Shown here piece by piece: positions 1 to 13,500 of a DNA stretch of 64,000 nt. The notes under the pieces are model-generated. The model was not told the DNA's origin. It saw only the letters and a list, made by a program, of their open reading frames with translations, and made no database searches. Within the stretch, counting starts at the first letter, position 1. Every line of letters begins with the position of its first letter. Source of the stretch: Antedon mediterranea (taxonomy: Eukaryota > Animalia > Echinodermata). Location of the stretch: the NCBI RefSeq assembly GCF_964355755.1, contig NC_092678.1:19237365-19301364 (forward strand). Direction: 5' to 3'. The translations under genes and the position numbers were made by a program.

Positions 1-1534
1 GGGGGAGGAGGGGGCCGAGAGTGAAAGTTTTATTTGGAGGAAAAAATGTAATATAGTAATTTTAGTTAAGTTGCTCTTATAAATGTATGTATTGTTCAAT
101 GTTTAAGGAATTAATTTTATTCTTGTTTATTTCTTCCCATGATGCATTATATATTTTATTACAATGGTTTATTTTGGATATGAAATAGAAGAAAGATCGG
201 ATCAAACGTTTGATAAACTCTTAAAATATTATGACTATTAAGTTTAATTGAGTTTATCAAACTTGGAATTTTCACAAAGTACCGGCAGACGTGAAGAATA
301 AACCTTAATTCAAAATAATGTTTAAGAATTGAAAAAATATTAAGAACAATGCCCTTATTCTTCAAAATGAATTCAATTTAGTAACATGGTATTTCCAGAT
401 GACAGAATTTACAGGTACGTCATGACGTCATTACGTGTCATGTGCTAAAAATAAACTCCTAAATACTTTCTATTGAATCGTGTTTCCTTTTTTTTTTGTT
501 ATGAAAAAAATAAATCGTCATCCAAAAAATAGGTTAGTTTCTATCAATATTTTCTGTGCAACTATTTTATAATAGTTCCGACACTGACAATAGTATTTTG
601 GTATTTGTCATAGAGTACTTTTAAAAGTTCACCAATATTGAACAGTTTTATTGAATATTTTAACTTAAGGAATGGTCGTGGGGGCGATTCTTTTATATTT
701 TATTCTTTTATTATTTTATATTATTGCATAACAATTACTGTCTAAAATAACAGTATTTCTTTTCTTAAAAAAGAGCAAAGCAACTATTATTTGGATCATG
801 AAAATTATATACAATAACAAGTAGCAACGATCCATATACGAATCTGAAAATACCCTTTCACGTTTTTAATTTAAGAAGAAATTGTAATCTGAATCGTGCA
901 ATTAGATCTATTCCCTCTAATTATTAGGTAGTTAAAGTGATCGGTCTAATTGAGAAACGGACAATTGGATATTTTATTACTATTAACTTCACTAATAGCT
1001 AAACTACCTTGGTTAAATCGCCAGTTTCAGCAGAAGGATTAAAACAGTTTATGCTCGCGTACCAAAATGCTGAGCCGGCTACTGTACGTACAACCCTTCT
1101 CAGACCCTCCGGGCTGCCGCGGTGTGTTGTACCGGGGAAGATTCTCTCTTTTCTGGTTGTTCACGATTAATTTAATAGTAAACAAAACATCTCATTAGTA
1201 GATGAGCTACGAAACGTTTGGAAAAAGCATGATATGGGATATATTAAATGAAACACCCTGAGTTAAAGTTACGAATTATTAACCTAATAATTATGTTTTA
1301 TTGACTCTTTCTTGACTTTTATTACACTATTTAGTATGTCTACTCTATAAATTATTTCTTTCTACGTATTCAGACACTGCAGCCACTGCGAAATGATATA
1401 TTTAGAATGAGTGTACGTGTTTGCAATTAAAATGAGTAAATTTAGCATAACTCACAACACATAGTATAATGTCGTTATAAATTATCGTCTGACAGGTACG
1501 CGATGAATTTGACGGTTATGATGCTAAAGCGCAG

Positions 1535-2290
1535 TGATATATTCAAAAGCATTAATACAACTTAGTTAATGAGATAGCATTATTAATGTGTCTGCATACT
1601 TGAATTTAATCAGCAGGGGAACTTAAAGGTACTGCTGCACGTTTGTATAGCCTATGATAAATACATTAGTGTATAATTGTCGTTTGATTGGGTAATATCG
1701 TATCACGTTACGTGTGTTATTTTGTTATATTGCACGGTAAATTTGATATATTCAAAAGCATCAATGCGACTTAGTTAATGAGATAGCATTATTAATGTGT
1801 CTGCATACTTGAATTTAATAAGCAGGGGAACTTAAAGGTACTGCTGCACGTTCGTATAGCCTATGATAAATACATTAGTGTATCATTGTCGTTTGATTGG
1901 GTAATATCGTATCACGTTAGGTGTGTTATTTTGTTATATTGCACGGTAAATTTGATATATTCAAAAGCATCAATGCGACTTAGTTAATGAGATAGCATTA
2001 TTAATGTGTCTGCATACTTGAAATTAATCAGCAGGGGAACTTAAATTACTGCTGCACGTTCGTATAGCCTATGATAAATACATTAGTGTATCATTGTTGT
2101 TTGATTGGGTAATATCGTATCACGTTACGTGTGTTATTTTGTTATATTGCACGGTAAGTTTGATATATTCAAAAGCATCAATGCGACTTAGTTAATGAGA
2201 TAGCATTATTAATGTGTCTGCATACTTGAATTTAATCAGCAGGGGAACTTAAAGGTACTGCACTACACGTTTGTAAAGCCTATGATAATA
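1535..2290. repeat. Tandem repeat, about 209-bp unit x about 3.6
   Basis: The unit TGATATATTCAAAAGCAT...TATTGCACGGTAAATT recurs at about 1535, 1744, 1953 and 2161 with near identity. The fourth unit is interrupted by a MITE and resumes in degraded form after 2700. Confidence 0.93.
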
Positions 2291-2295
2291 CTATA

Positions 2296-2698
2296 CCGTA
2301 AATATTCTAATTGTACCTCTAGGTTATCATTCTTTGATTGTTTTTTAGGGTTGGTTACTATTAGAGTAGTGGGTTACTATTACTAATCTTAAATTAGGCA
2401 CCTGAAAATACCCCACACCCAACTTTTCCGGTCAGCAACTCATAGCAAAATGATAAAACAGTACGAATAAACACATTTTTATAAACTCAAAAACACTTAA
2501 TCCTCCCTCACTCCCGAGATCAACATGCATTATCTCCTTATTTTCCTCCTTCTTATCATAAGTTGTTGTGACTCTAATAGTAACCCCCATGGGTTACTAT
2601 TAGAGTAGTGGGTTATTATTATAGTTGACTTATAAGGTGGGTTACTATTAGAAGAGGGGTTACTATTAGAGTGTGGGTTACTATTAGAAGATTTACGG
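2296..2698. mobile_element. Non-autonomous Tc1/mariner (Tc2/pogo-like) MITE
   Basis: Imperfect TIRs CCGTAAATATTCTAATTGTA / TACTATTAGAAGATTTACGG, TA on both sides, internal GGGTTACTATTAGA repeats. CCGTA termini with a TA TSD are typical of Tc2/pogo-type elements. Confidence 0.75.
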
Positions 2699-5057
2699 TA
2701 ACACACCTGACTGTATATTTTTCGTTATTAGGTAAAGTTACATTATTATGTGTAAGTGTATTAATGTGTTATATTGCATGGTAAAGTTCTATTCAATGGT
2801 TCTATTACACGGATGTTTTTTTTTTCTGGAACCCGAGGCTGGTAAATGTTTTGCTTGTTTTTTTTTTTATTATATTAATAATAAAAATATTATTTAACGT
2901 CTCAAATAATGTGTAATTACAGCTAAATTCAATTAATTTTGTCCATATCTCAATTTGAATATTTGGATCAAACATTAATACTACAGTAATTACTATCGGA
3001 AGTGTGGGTAAATAATACGTAAGGGCAAACCCAATATACCGCACTATCCGCATGACTGCTTACATATAACCACATGTTGTAGATATAGACTATAGTTACT
3101 TTCTTTATTTATTTAATCTTTAGGCTCAATATTATAATGATACAGGATTTATCAATAATACATTGACCGCTGTTTGATATTATTGTGTTACCGTTTTAGG
3201 GATAATCAGTGACCTCTTTATAACCCTGTTCCTGTATAAATAAACAAATAATATTATTATTTACAGTAGGCCACCGATGTATGTAACATAAACACCGAGG
3301 AAGGAATAGTGTTTTCTGAAAGCTCTGCCATCTTCTCTTCCAGGCTGTTTTATGTTATCGTTTTGACTAAGCTTTTTGTTTATCGCATTTGTAGGCTTTA
3401 TTGAGATACAGTTACTGATACCTACAGCTCTTTCATGTTTTCAGTAATTTGATTTTTGAAATATAAAATCATATAATAATTACGTGAATGCCCTGATATT
3501 AAGACAACACTATATTCGCTTACCTCGCTAGTTTTTTAAAGGCATAATATGTAAAGGACACAGTCATGGCCAATTATAGTACATTAGATAAATTAATATG
3601 TATCAACATGCAAATCACAACATAATAATGTCCTTGCCTCTTAAGTCAAGTCGCAACTTAATAGCTTAGGGTGTGGCAATTTTAAAAATAATTCCAATAT
3701 TTAACCGAAGCGAGAATTTAAACCATGGTCATTGATGTTTACGTAAACATGTTATTGCGTATCGTACTATGCTATATCTTTGTTTACATAACACTCGAAA
3801 TTCTCGAGGCTTTTGATGTGAACTTCGAAGACTAGATTTTCTAGTATACACTTTATCTACGTTCTGATATATTATTCTGACCGCACCCCACACCAAAATT
3901 ACTTTCCTCGAAAAATAATGATAATAAAATAAATATAAGATGTATAGTTATTAATTATTATCGATTTGTTTTAAAGAATTTTACATGATTAATTTGACTA
4001 TGATTTTAATTTGACATCACATGCGTCACATAAGGGGCGCCACTAAATACGATTTTATCTGTACCGCAGGCCTACTGCAGAAACGCTGAAATAATACAGT
4101 ACAAGTTTATGGTAAACGTATTAATTAAGTAAATATTTATTGATATTTAATTAGCAAAACATATAAATAGCGTTGGTTGGTCAGACAGTCTATACGATCT
4201 TCTTATCACTAAGCCCGGTATTCTTGATGCATTAAGGATACTTAGCCCTAAGTCGTGATAAACATATAGATGGTCATCTATAAGACACATCCTCAGCTTC
4301 CCGGAGACATGCGAATTATAGGCCTATAGCAGTTCTACATTATTATCTCTTCACAGCAGCCTAAACGGAACTATGTAAATTCATAATTATTATGTAATCC
4401 TAATAGTTATGCTTATTTTGTTTTGTTTTGTAATTTTTATAGTTCTAACATTAATTCCATACCCGTACACAAAACGAGAGGAATTAGAGTTCATGAAACA
4501 ATTTCTTTCTATAAATTGAAACCAATAGTATCAATAAAACTCATCCTGGTTAGCGACAGGTCGCATGTTCGAATCTTTTTTTCAACATGCTTTTATAGGT
4601 CTAGTACGTGTTAGGTAGTAGCTTTTTTTTTTAAATTAGAAATTAAAAGTATATTTGAGACTTAAGGCCAATTCATTTGCACAGATGTACGAACGGTAAG
4701 CGGAAAACAAAAATATAGAATCTATGTTATTTCTTTTGACCAGTTTACACAAAACAACGCGGATAGCGGGTGCTTGAGTGGAAAGCCGCTCAGGATAGAT
4801 ACATATTCTACGTGGGACAAGCACGCATTCTCCCGCTTACCGTTACCGCTCACCTGTGTATATCAGCTTACGCATAGTCCGACACGCGTGCAGTGCAACC
4901 CCGTCACCTCCTCATCGGATGGGGTCACACCCGTCCCTGGATCTCCTTGAAGAAGTTGGCAACATTCCAGAATCATGTTTCATTAAGCCTATTACTCCTA
5001 TTTATACATGAATTATTTCCTAGCTATCCGATGCGGTAAAAATAAAATATTACTTAC

Positions 5058-5133
5058 CTATGCTTGGTGCCATTTCAACTGTACCAAAAGTAACAATTAA
5101 CATGATCACTTTTATATAATTTACGATATCCAT
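5058..5133 (-). CDS. Candidate first coding exon (signal peptide) of an unidentified secreted or membrane protein gene
   Basis: AAAAATGG start context; encodes MDIVNYIKVIMLIVTFGTVEMAPSI-G followed by a consensus AG|GTAAGT phase-1 donor. No downstream exon identified in the window. Confidence 0.35.
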
Positions 5134-5723
5134 TTTTAGACGATGGAAAATTGTAAATGAGACGTTTGATCCAAATAGCTGTTGCTACTGTCTGCTTTCC
5201 AGAATGTGAATGAGCGAAGTTCAAACAGACTATAACTATCCATGCAGAACCGGTGACCGTGTCGATAATGAACCTCATCGTCATGATAGTCTACTACAAA
5301 TAATACGCTAAAAACACCAATTAGGACACAGTTTGGAGCTCTCGTCCTTTGAATGAGTGGCTAAGATGCCGGTGTGACGAATGTCCACTATTTTAAATTA
5401 AAACTTGCTGCAATAGATGTTGTTTACTTGAGGAGCAATCAATGTAACAATTTACAGACGGAATATTTTTCAAAAAATAGAAAGAGTTTGATGAAACGTT
5501 GTTAAATTAAAGAAAACATAGACATTCACATAACTCTTTGGCCATCTCTAGATTTAGGCCCACTGTCGACAAGGATAGGTTCAATGGTTACTATACCGTT
5601 TACAAGTGGTCACTCTAGACAAAATATTCCATAATTGCGTTTATAAAAAATAAATAAATTGATATAAATGAACTTGTATACATATTGATAGACAATTTTA
5701 AACGGTAGTTTTTATTCAATTAT

Positions 5724-6501
5724 TATTCGCGTGGAAGCGACTCTATTGTTCACTATGTCGGTCGGTCGGTCTGTCTGTCTGTCTGTCTGTCGGTCCGGTA
5801 TCACTATGCGTTTTATCGCTTTATGACCTTATCTTGATATCAGTTTAATCTAGCTAAATCAATTTTTCACAGAATATTCCTTATGGCCAGGAATCGATGT
5901 GGTTATGATTTCACAATGGGCAATAAAAAATTACGCGGTCTACGCACGATTTAACGAAATCACGTTTGTAATCATATCTTAACAACCATGAATCACAATT
6001 AAATAACATTTGGTACTCATAAATTTCAGGGCATAAATCATCATATGGCAATACAATTACGTGCGTAGCGCATGTAACGCATGCGTACGCGCGCCTAAAA
6101 TTTTCAAAATTTATTTTCGATGAAATAAGAGTACGTTTCAAGCAATTTTAAGCGTTTACAAAATTGCCATGAGTGCGCAGATTTTTGCGCGCGCACTGCG
6201 CGTTAAATGTTATTGCGCACTCTTTTTGCCCGATTTCTGTTTTCTTGACTTACTTTTCAACTCGAAATTACGTTATACGAGCACGTCAAAAGTGACAGGC
6301 TACGCACGTGTAAATTAAAAAAATATAAATGTTTTTAAACATTTCAACATTATTAAACATGTTCAGTAATTTCGGTCAGTATAGTTCACTATGTCGGTCG
6401 GTCCGTCTGTCTGTCGGTCTGTCTGTCTGTCGGTCTGTTTGTCTGTCGGTCCGGTATCACTATGCATTGTAGCACGCGACTTAATGGCTGTTGGCCTTGT
6501 T
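5724..6501 (-). mobile_element. Helentron/HINE-like non-autonomous element, copy 1 (inverted relative to copies 2 and 3)
   Basis: About 780-bp reverse complement of 8630-9405 and 22014-22770. AACAAG terminus, two (GACA/GACC)n microsatellite blocks, subterminal inverted AGTCGCGTG/CACGCGACT and a terminal hairpin (DINE-1/HINE architecture). Confidence 0.75.
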
Positions 6502-7179
6502 TTTAAAATAAAGTCCAAAATTGAGAAAAACTTGATATCATAGAGGGTGCTATACATAATGATAATGTGACAGTTATAAGACATCTAGGTATCCCTGGTG
6601 CGTAATCAGGCGTAGAATATAAAGTGAATTACGCGTTTGTTTTATGCGCACAGTTTTAAGTGACAAATATTTATTATCGCATAAATTATAATCCTACAAA
6701 ATACAAATTCGAAGGGGATATTAAACTTGGAACCAATTGTTACGGAATTAGTATAACATTTAATGTACAAGACGATATACTAAAATCAACAATACTAACT
6801 AGAAGTATGCCTAACTATACCATCAGATAATGAATGTTTTATGTTTGTACAATGGTACAAGTAATTGCATTTGGTGAAAGTTTCTATTTCACTTGGACTC
6901 GCTCCAGGAAAATTTAACCTTTTATCGTTCCTCTCAAATTATTTTTACCATTGCATTGATGAAAAAAGGCAAGTAGAAAAATATGGAATGTTTTGTATTA
7001 GTGCAATGGTACAAACATTTGCATTCAATGAATGGTTCTATTTTCATTAGGATTCGCCTCGTGAAAATATAACCTTTAATTTTTCACTTCATGAAATTAT
7101 TTTTACTATTGCACTCATAACCATTCATTATTTGTACTATCTAACATTAGCCTATTGGGTTGAACACAGCCATTTATAC

Positions 7180-7297
7180 AAATGCTAAAATAGCTAATAT
7201 AAAGATCCCTTTGGAACTTTGGATCTATTTGAACTTGGAGAACTAGAACAATTGTCTTCTTCAAAATTTCATTCTGGATATCAATCAAATTGTCCAA
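7180..7297 (-). pseudogene. Degenerate relic of a MOXD1-like terminal exon
   Basis: TTGGACAATTTGATTGATATCCAGAATGAAATT (LDNLIDIQNEI) plus CAAAGGGATCTTT and TTAGCTATTTTA match the last exon of the paralogs at 26797-26948, 40652-40804 and 56920-57072, with indels. Confidence 0.8.
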
Positions 7298-7298
7298 T

Positions 7299-7957
7299 TA
7301 GCACCCCTTCCGTATTGTACCGGTGCAGGCTGAAAACAAAAAGAGTAAAACGGTAAAGAAAAAGAAATAAAAGACGTAGTACAACAACAGCAGTAAAGAA
7401 AATAAAACGATAGTTACCTCAATAACCGAAGACTCCATTGAATTACTATTCTTGACATTTTCCCTCATTCTTAAACATTTGGTGTGAGCACCAACGCCGT
7501 ACTACAAAAAAAAAATAGAAAAATAAATAAATAAATTAGAAAGAAACACATAGAAGCCGTAAACGCAGAAAAACTCTGTAAATGCTCGATTACACAAACT
7601 ACTTTATACACGGTAAAATAAATATTACGTAAAAAAATTAATTAAACAAACACTTACTTCTACGTGACCAATACGTAAACTATCCGTCAGATCCTGCACT
7701 ATCTCTATAGCATTAGTACAAATATCCATAAGAGAGAGGCTATCGGCTTCAGAAACACTTTGGCTAACTGTCAAATCAAGGTCCTGGTCATTAAAAACAA
7801 AATCCTCCAGTAACCCAACATCGGGGATAATACCGTCAGATACAATATTTTCTACATTAGCCCGCGATAGGTTAACTATAGCTTCAACTGCTCTTTGGCA
7901 TTCGTTAAACAAACTATCGTTAGAATCGGATCATGATGATGATGCGTAATGAGCCAT
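7299..7957 (-). pseudogene. Three-exon remnant of an unidentified acidic protein gene (possibly Polinton/Maverick-derived)
   Basis: TATATAAA at about 8024-8031, ATG at 7957. Exons 7957-7658, 7501-7418 and 7329-about 7299 have GT/AG ends and are all phase 0. One early TGA in a Ser run. Ends PAPVQYGRGAN where it abuts the MOXD1 relic. Confidence 0.5.
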
Positions 7958-8629
7958 TGTAAAAATCAATAATCAGTCTTGGAAAATCAGTAACCGAATA
8001 AAGAATTAAAACAACTTACGCTGTTTATATACCACCCCATGACACTAATTAAATTAACAACTTAAGATTGGTCAAACAACCCTTAAATAATTAACTATAC
8101 CTATACGGGAAGCACTGCAACAATTAAAAGAAAATAACTGGAAACAAATCAATTTCTCAAAAATGTAATGACAAATTATATTAAAATACAAAATAAATGA
8201 TAACCATTTGAAACCAGATGAAATTTTGAGAATAATAGCCTGGATTAATAAAAAAAAAACCCGCATCCACAGTAAGTGGGGATACATCTTTGTCGATAAG
8301 GATTATGACTGTGGATACGGATGGTCTATCGCAATCTCCCAGTTATATTCTTCCATTTCTTCAAAGGCTACCTTAACAGATACCACAGCGTAGAATCAGG
8401 CACAGCCATCTATATATCTTCTACACGCGACGTAATCGAGGAGCTTGACTACCTCTTCTAGCATAGTTGTAGGAATGTATGAAATATCCATCTATACAAC
8501 AATAAAATAACAATACATTAATTGAAAAAAAAATAAAAAAAGTTGAGAGCTACTCTAAAATAACGAAATAAAAAATAAACAGAAAAAGAAACTCACATTA
8601 GAGTATAAATAAACACCCTAACAAATTGG

Positions 8630-9405
8630 AACAAGGCCAACAGCCATTAAGTCGCGTGCTACAATGCATAGTGATACCGGACCGACAGACAGACCGACAG
8701 ACCGACCGACAGACAGACAGACCGACCGACCGACCGACATACTGAACTATACTGACCGAAATTACTGAACATGTTTAAAAATGTTGAAATGTTTAAAAAC
8801 ATTTATATTTTTTTAATTTACACGTGCGTAGCCTGTCACTTTCGACGTGCTCGTATAACGTAATTTCGAGTTGAAAAGTAAGTCAAGAAAACAGAAATCG
8901 GGCAAAAAGAGTGCGCAATAACATTTAACGCGCAAAGCGCGCAAAAATATGCGCACTCATGGCAATTTTGTAAACGCTTAAAATTGCATGAAATGTACTC
9001 TTATTTCATCGAAAATAAATTTTGAAAATTTTAAGCGCGCGTACGCATGCGTTACATGCGCTACGCACGTAATTGTATTGCCATATGATGATTTATGCCC
9101 TGAAATTGATGAGTACCAAATTTTATTTAATTGCGATTCATGGTTGTGAAGATATGATTACAAACGTGATTTCGTTAAATCGTGCATAGACCGCGTAATT
9201 TTTTATTGCGCACCGTGAAAACATAACCACATTGATTCCTGGCCATAAGGAATATACTGTGAAAAATTGACCTAGCTAGATTAAACTGATATCAAGATAA
9301 GGTCAGAAAGCGATAAAACGCATAGTGATACCGGACCGACAGACAGACAGACAGACCGAACGACCGACATAGTGAACTATAGAGTCGCTTCCACGCGACT
9401 AAAAA
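8630..9405 (+). mobile_element. Helentron/HINE-like non-autonomous element, copy 2
   Basis: AACAAGGCCAACAGCC...AGTCGCTTCCACGCGACTAAAAA with (GACA)n blocks; near-identical to 22014-22770. Confidence 0.78.
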
Positions 9406-9470
9406 CCCTCCTGAACAATAAACGCTTTATAATAAAAGTCTCAGAGCATTTATTGTTCAGGAGGGTTTTT
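9401..9470. repeat. Short near-perfect inverted repeat (hairpin)
   Basis: AAAAACCCTCCTGAACAATAAA ... TTTATTGTTCAGGAGGGTTTTT, stem of 22 bp or more. Confidence 0.85.
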
Positions 9471-9670
9471 TTAAATTAAATGTTTTCAAATATATATGGT
9501 ATCTAGGTTACAATTCAATGGGTGATAAGATATTTTTTTTTTCTATCTGCCTTCAAACTCTGACCTCAAATCATTGTTTTGCTTTGTACGATATTATCTA
9601 TTATGTCATAAATGTTCTGAAATAAGAATTATAACTTTTTATATAGTAAGCGGTACCTTCAAATTGATTA

Positions 9671-10531
9671 CCGTATATTTCGGTGTATAAGTCGCACCTG
9701 AGTATAAGACGCACCCCCAACTGAGAGTAAAATATCGGTATTTTTTATATCGTCGATGTATAAGACGCACCTTATATTTCATCAAAACAATTTTTTTAAA
9801 TTGTAATCAATATTATTGTGATAATATATTTTGTTATATCTACAACGGCGTCCTTTATTCAGGTTTTTTCTTACCTAGGCTCGGCCGCGCCCAGCCTCAA
9901 CAAGTTCTTTCTAACTTGTTATTCATGAGTTTCGCCGCAACATCGAGTGCATGACCGTGTGTGTAACACGCACGTGTGTGGGCTAGCCTCGCTCGATCAT
10001 TTCGAGAGGGCGCACGTTTTCACGGACAATCGTATTCGATTAGTATCTATGTATCCGAGAAGTGTGTACGCTAGGTCCATGCTATAATCACCTGGAGAAT
10101 ATACTACTCGAATACCGTACACCATGTGCCACCAAAAGAAGGGCTTGCGCTTGTGGTACGGCGATCGTGCGTATAACTACTGTATAAATAAATACTATTC
10201 CAATCGTACGACGTAAACGTTTACAAATGAAATTTTATCGGAGCGCCATAATGAACAAATCTTTTCATCATATTTAGTATAATTAACATCATGCTAAAAT
10301 GACTTGAAAACTAGGCCTAGGCTAGGCAGAAGCAGGTTGCCGTTACGTTAGTTAGTTACTGTAGCTAGGCCTAGCCTACTCAGGCCTAGCAAACGAGGTG
10401 ACGATAGCCTAGGCCTAGGCCTATGTACAATCTGTGTGGTGAGGCATTTATGTTCGGTGTATAAGACGCACCCTTAATTTGGAGGTCAAATTTGCGTGTC
10501 AAAAGTGCGACTTATACACCGAAATATACGG
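9671..10531. mobile_element. Tc2/pogo-like MITE, 861 bp
   Basis: Perfect 27-bp TIR CCGTATATTTCGGTGTATAAGTCGCAC, TA TSD at 9669-9670 and 10532-10533, internal TATAAGACGCACC subterminal repeats. Confidence 0.9.
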
Positions 10532-10538
10532 TAGTTAC

Positions 10539-13500
10539 AGTTTCCAGCTGTGTTGTAAGAGAACTGATTTGATTGGTTAGTTGAATACGTCCTTGTTCAA
10601 GCCTCTATAGAACAAACAAATTATAAACAATTTATGCAATATAGGTTTCAGAAGAAAGGTATTTCAAATTAGTTTTTACATAGAAAAAGACAAATTACTT
10701 TCTTCTCTCACCTGGTTAAGTTGCTCTGTTTGTGAAACCGTTTGTTTCAAGTTGAAGCATTCTGTGTCTGTTTTTTCAAGTAGTTGTAATAATTCATTGT
10801 TTTTAATCTGAAAGAAAATTGCAACTCTTTTACATCAACCATTTATTATTAATATTAACTGAATGCATTACATAAGTAACAAAAGAATGTATAATATATA
10901 GATATAATATATGTATGTATAATAATAAGTTTTCTATAGGCATGGTTGATTGCATGTAAAGCAGTGATTTGTATCAGAACAGATGTGACAATATTCAATA
11001 TTTTGTGTGGTGGCTATCGGTGCATGCATGAAATTCCTATACCTAATGTTAACAGTGTTTGAATCGACAAGGTTGACTGTGCAATCCTGTTGTCTTAAGC
11101 ACAGAGAAGTTGGAGCATGATCTCACATTAGAGGCATGTGCCGATAGAAAAAATAAGTTACGCATGGTTGAGTTTGCCGATAGTCACTTCCAACTAATTT
11201 ACCTGTAATTTCTTAACTTCATCCGTCAATGCCTCATTGATCAACACCTCATCGGACATTTTCTCGTCCACTATTCCTTCTTCATTTATAAACAATTGCA
11301 TACCAAGTGTGTTCGCTCTACCTTTTTTGGGTGTAGTGATCGTCTGAAAAATAGTTAAAATTGCATCTTAGGGGGAGCTTCATAATGTCCTCTACTACTA
11401 GGAGAATCATAGCCAGGTTTTTTTTTATGGTTCTGACAACCCCCCCCCCCCCCTAATTTACAGTGAACGCCCACCTGACAATCCACATAGTTAAAGTTCT
11501 TATAATCCGATGTATATGGCGTATAGTATAACTTTAGTAATCATTAATAATTGACAATTGGTTCAACAGTCCGATACACTCAGTGAGGCTCAAGGACTAA
11601 ATGTGTCATTTTTACTGTATTGTACTCCAAAGCCCATTGGAAAGCATCATTATCTATCATATTATGGTCACATACATTTAATGTTATGACACCAGTAATA
11701 GAGAGGTTTCGCAATCTTACGAATACGATAACAAAAACGGATACGTCACGCACACGTATTCGTTTTCGTAAACCATAAAAAAATCTGTTTCGAATGGCAA
11801 CGAAATATTGAGGCAAAATATGACTGCGGTAAATTTGAGCGAAGCGCAGGTACGTGTTGCTTGGTGCTTGGCTGCCTAGGCCTAGTGTAACATCAAAGTG
11901 AGTGAGGACTTTAAAAACTGCTATTATCAAAATTGACTTGGCATTTTAGTAAATTACTTTAGTAAATTACTTTTTTTCAATAAATCTTTAATTATATTAT
12001 TATAATCATGAATCATTCCCGATTCAAATGCAAAATGTGCAAAATAGATCAAAAACTATACTCGTTTTGTAGTTATGAATATGACTGGTGATATTCGTCA
12101 ACACGAATACGCTTTACGAATATGAAATGGGGATCAGCTCAAAAGTTTCACAAATGTATGACGTATCCGTTTTCGTTATAGTATTCGTAAGGTTGCGAAA
12201 CCTTGTTGAACCCACAAATGTGAAAACGCCCACAAATGTGAAAACAACCACAAATGTGAAAACGCATCACCCACAAATGTGAAAACAACCACAAATGTGA
12301 AAACGCATCACCCACAAATGTGAAAACAACCACAAATGTGAAAACGCATCAACCACAAATGTGAAAACGCATCAACCACAAATGTGAAAACGATCATCGC
12401 CCACAAATGTGATAACGCCCACAAATGTAAAAACAAGAGAGACTTTTTCGCCCACAAATGTAAAAAAATCAGATCAAATTTAATGCTAGATTCAGACAAA
12501 CATTATATCATGATTGTATTGAGTTGTTTGTTCACGATACGTCTGTTAGGGTCGTCGTTAACACGTTGGATTATATCATTTGCTGCTCGTGCGCGCGATA
12601 TTTGCACGTTAACTCGTTTGTTTAATCATGGAGGTATAAATATATACCTCCATGGTTTAATGAACGTAATAGTTCAAGACGATATTTGTTATTTGCTGCG
12701 CGCGTGCATGATACTTCAAGGTCAAGGCCATGTTATATCATTGTTGCTTCTACTGTGTGGTTGTTGGCTTACTATTATGTACGTATAGTTATAAGTCGAT
12801 GTTCGATATTTTTTTTTTGCGCGCACACGATACAACAAGGTCAAGGTTAAATTGCTACTTGTATGTAGTGTGTGGTTATTAACTCGTTGGCTTACTGTTA
12901 TGTACGTATAGTTCCAAGTCGATGCTCGATTCGATGTTTTTGGGCGCGTACACGATACCACAAGGTCATATATACTATTGCTACTTGTGGTTGATACTAC
13001 AAGGTCATATATCATTGCTGCTTGAAGTGCAGTTGGGCTTACTATATTAGTATTATGTACGTATTATAGCTCCAAGTCGATGCTCGGTGTACACGATACT
13101 ACAAGATCAATGCTATACTCGTCGTTCAGTTATTGCAGTGGTTCCTAAAGTTCAATTTTTTTACAAAACTATAACCACAAGATAATAATACAAGAGCTAG
13201 AGCAAGAACAACTAATAAAAGAATATTTCTTTATTTTAGAGCGATAAACAAATTGTAACATAGAATAATACCGTAACACCAATATCCAACCAAACATAAT
13301 ACACGATACGATAGTATCAAACTTGTCACGAACATGTATTCTATAAAACATACTATGAAATCTATAACAATTATACTAATGGACAAAACTTCCTACTATA
13401 GGCCTACTACTATTTACATTCGTGGTTTAATCTGATGCTTATTGTTTAATTTGTATATCTATTTTTAGCGGATAATTATAAAGATATACGGAGAATAATA

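Noticed and set aside
159-4824. Short ORFs in the first 5 kb and similar 60-130 aa ORFs elsewhere
   Set aside because: No recognisable domains or splice-consistent structure; expected by chance in AT-rich DNA, or antisense to TEs and exons.
4872-4988. Possible exon 2 of the signal-peptide gene with an in-frame TGA (selenocysteine idea)
   Set aside because: No polypyrimidine tract at the acceptor, no recognisable selenoprotein motif or SECIS, and the GC-rich hairpin looks more like a repeat.
9480-9600. A further KIF15 exon (…KQNNDLRSEFEGR)
   Set aside because: I could not join it in phase with a credible acceptor without stops; left uncalled.
12204-12470. Regularly spaced CCACAAATGT repeats resembling a CRISPR array, and the small ORFs over them
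   Set aside because: The spacers are short and themselves repetitive, the array is mirrored at 14330-14588 as a transposon arm, there are no cas genes, and the context is eukaryotic.
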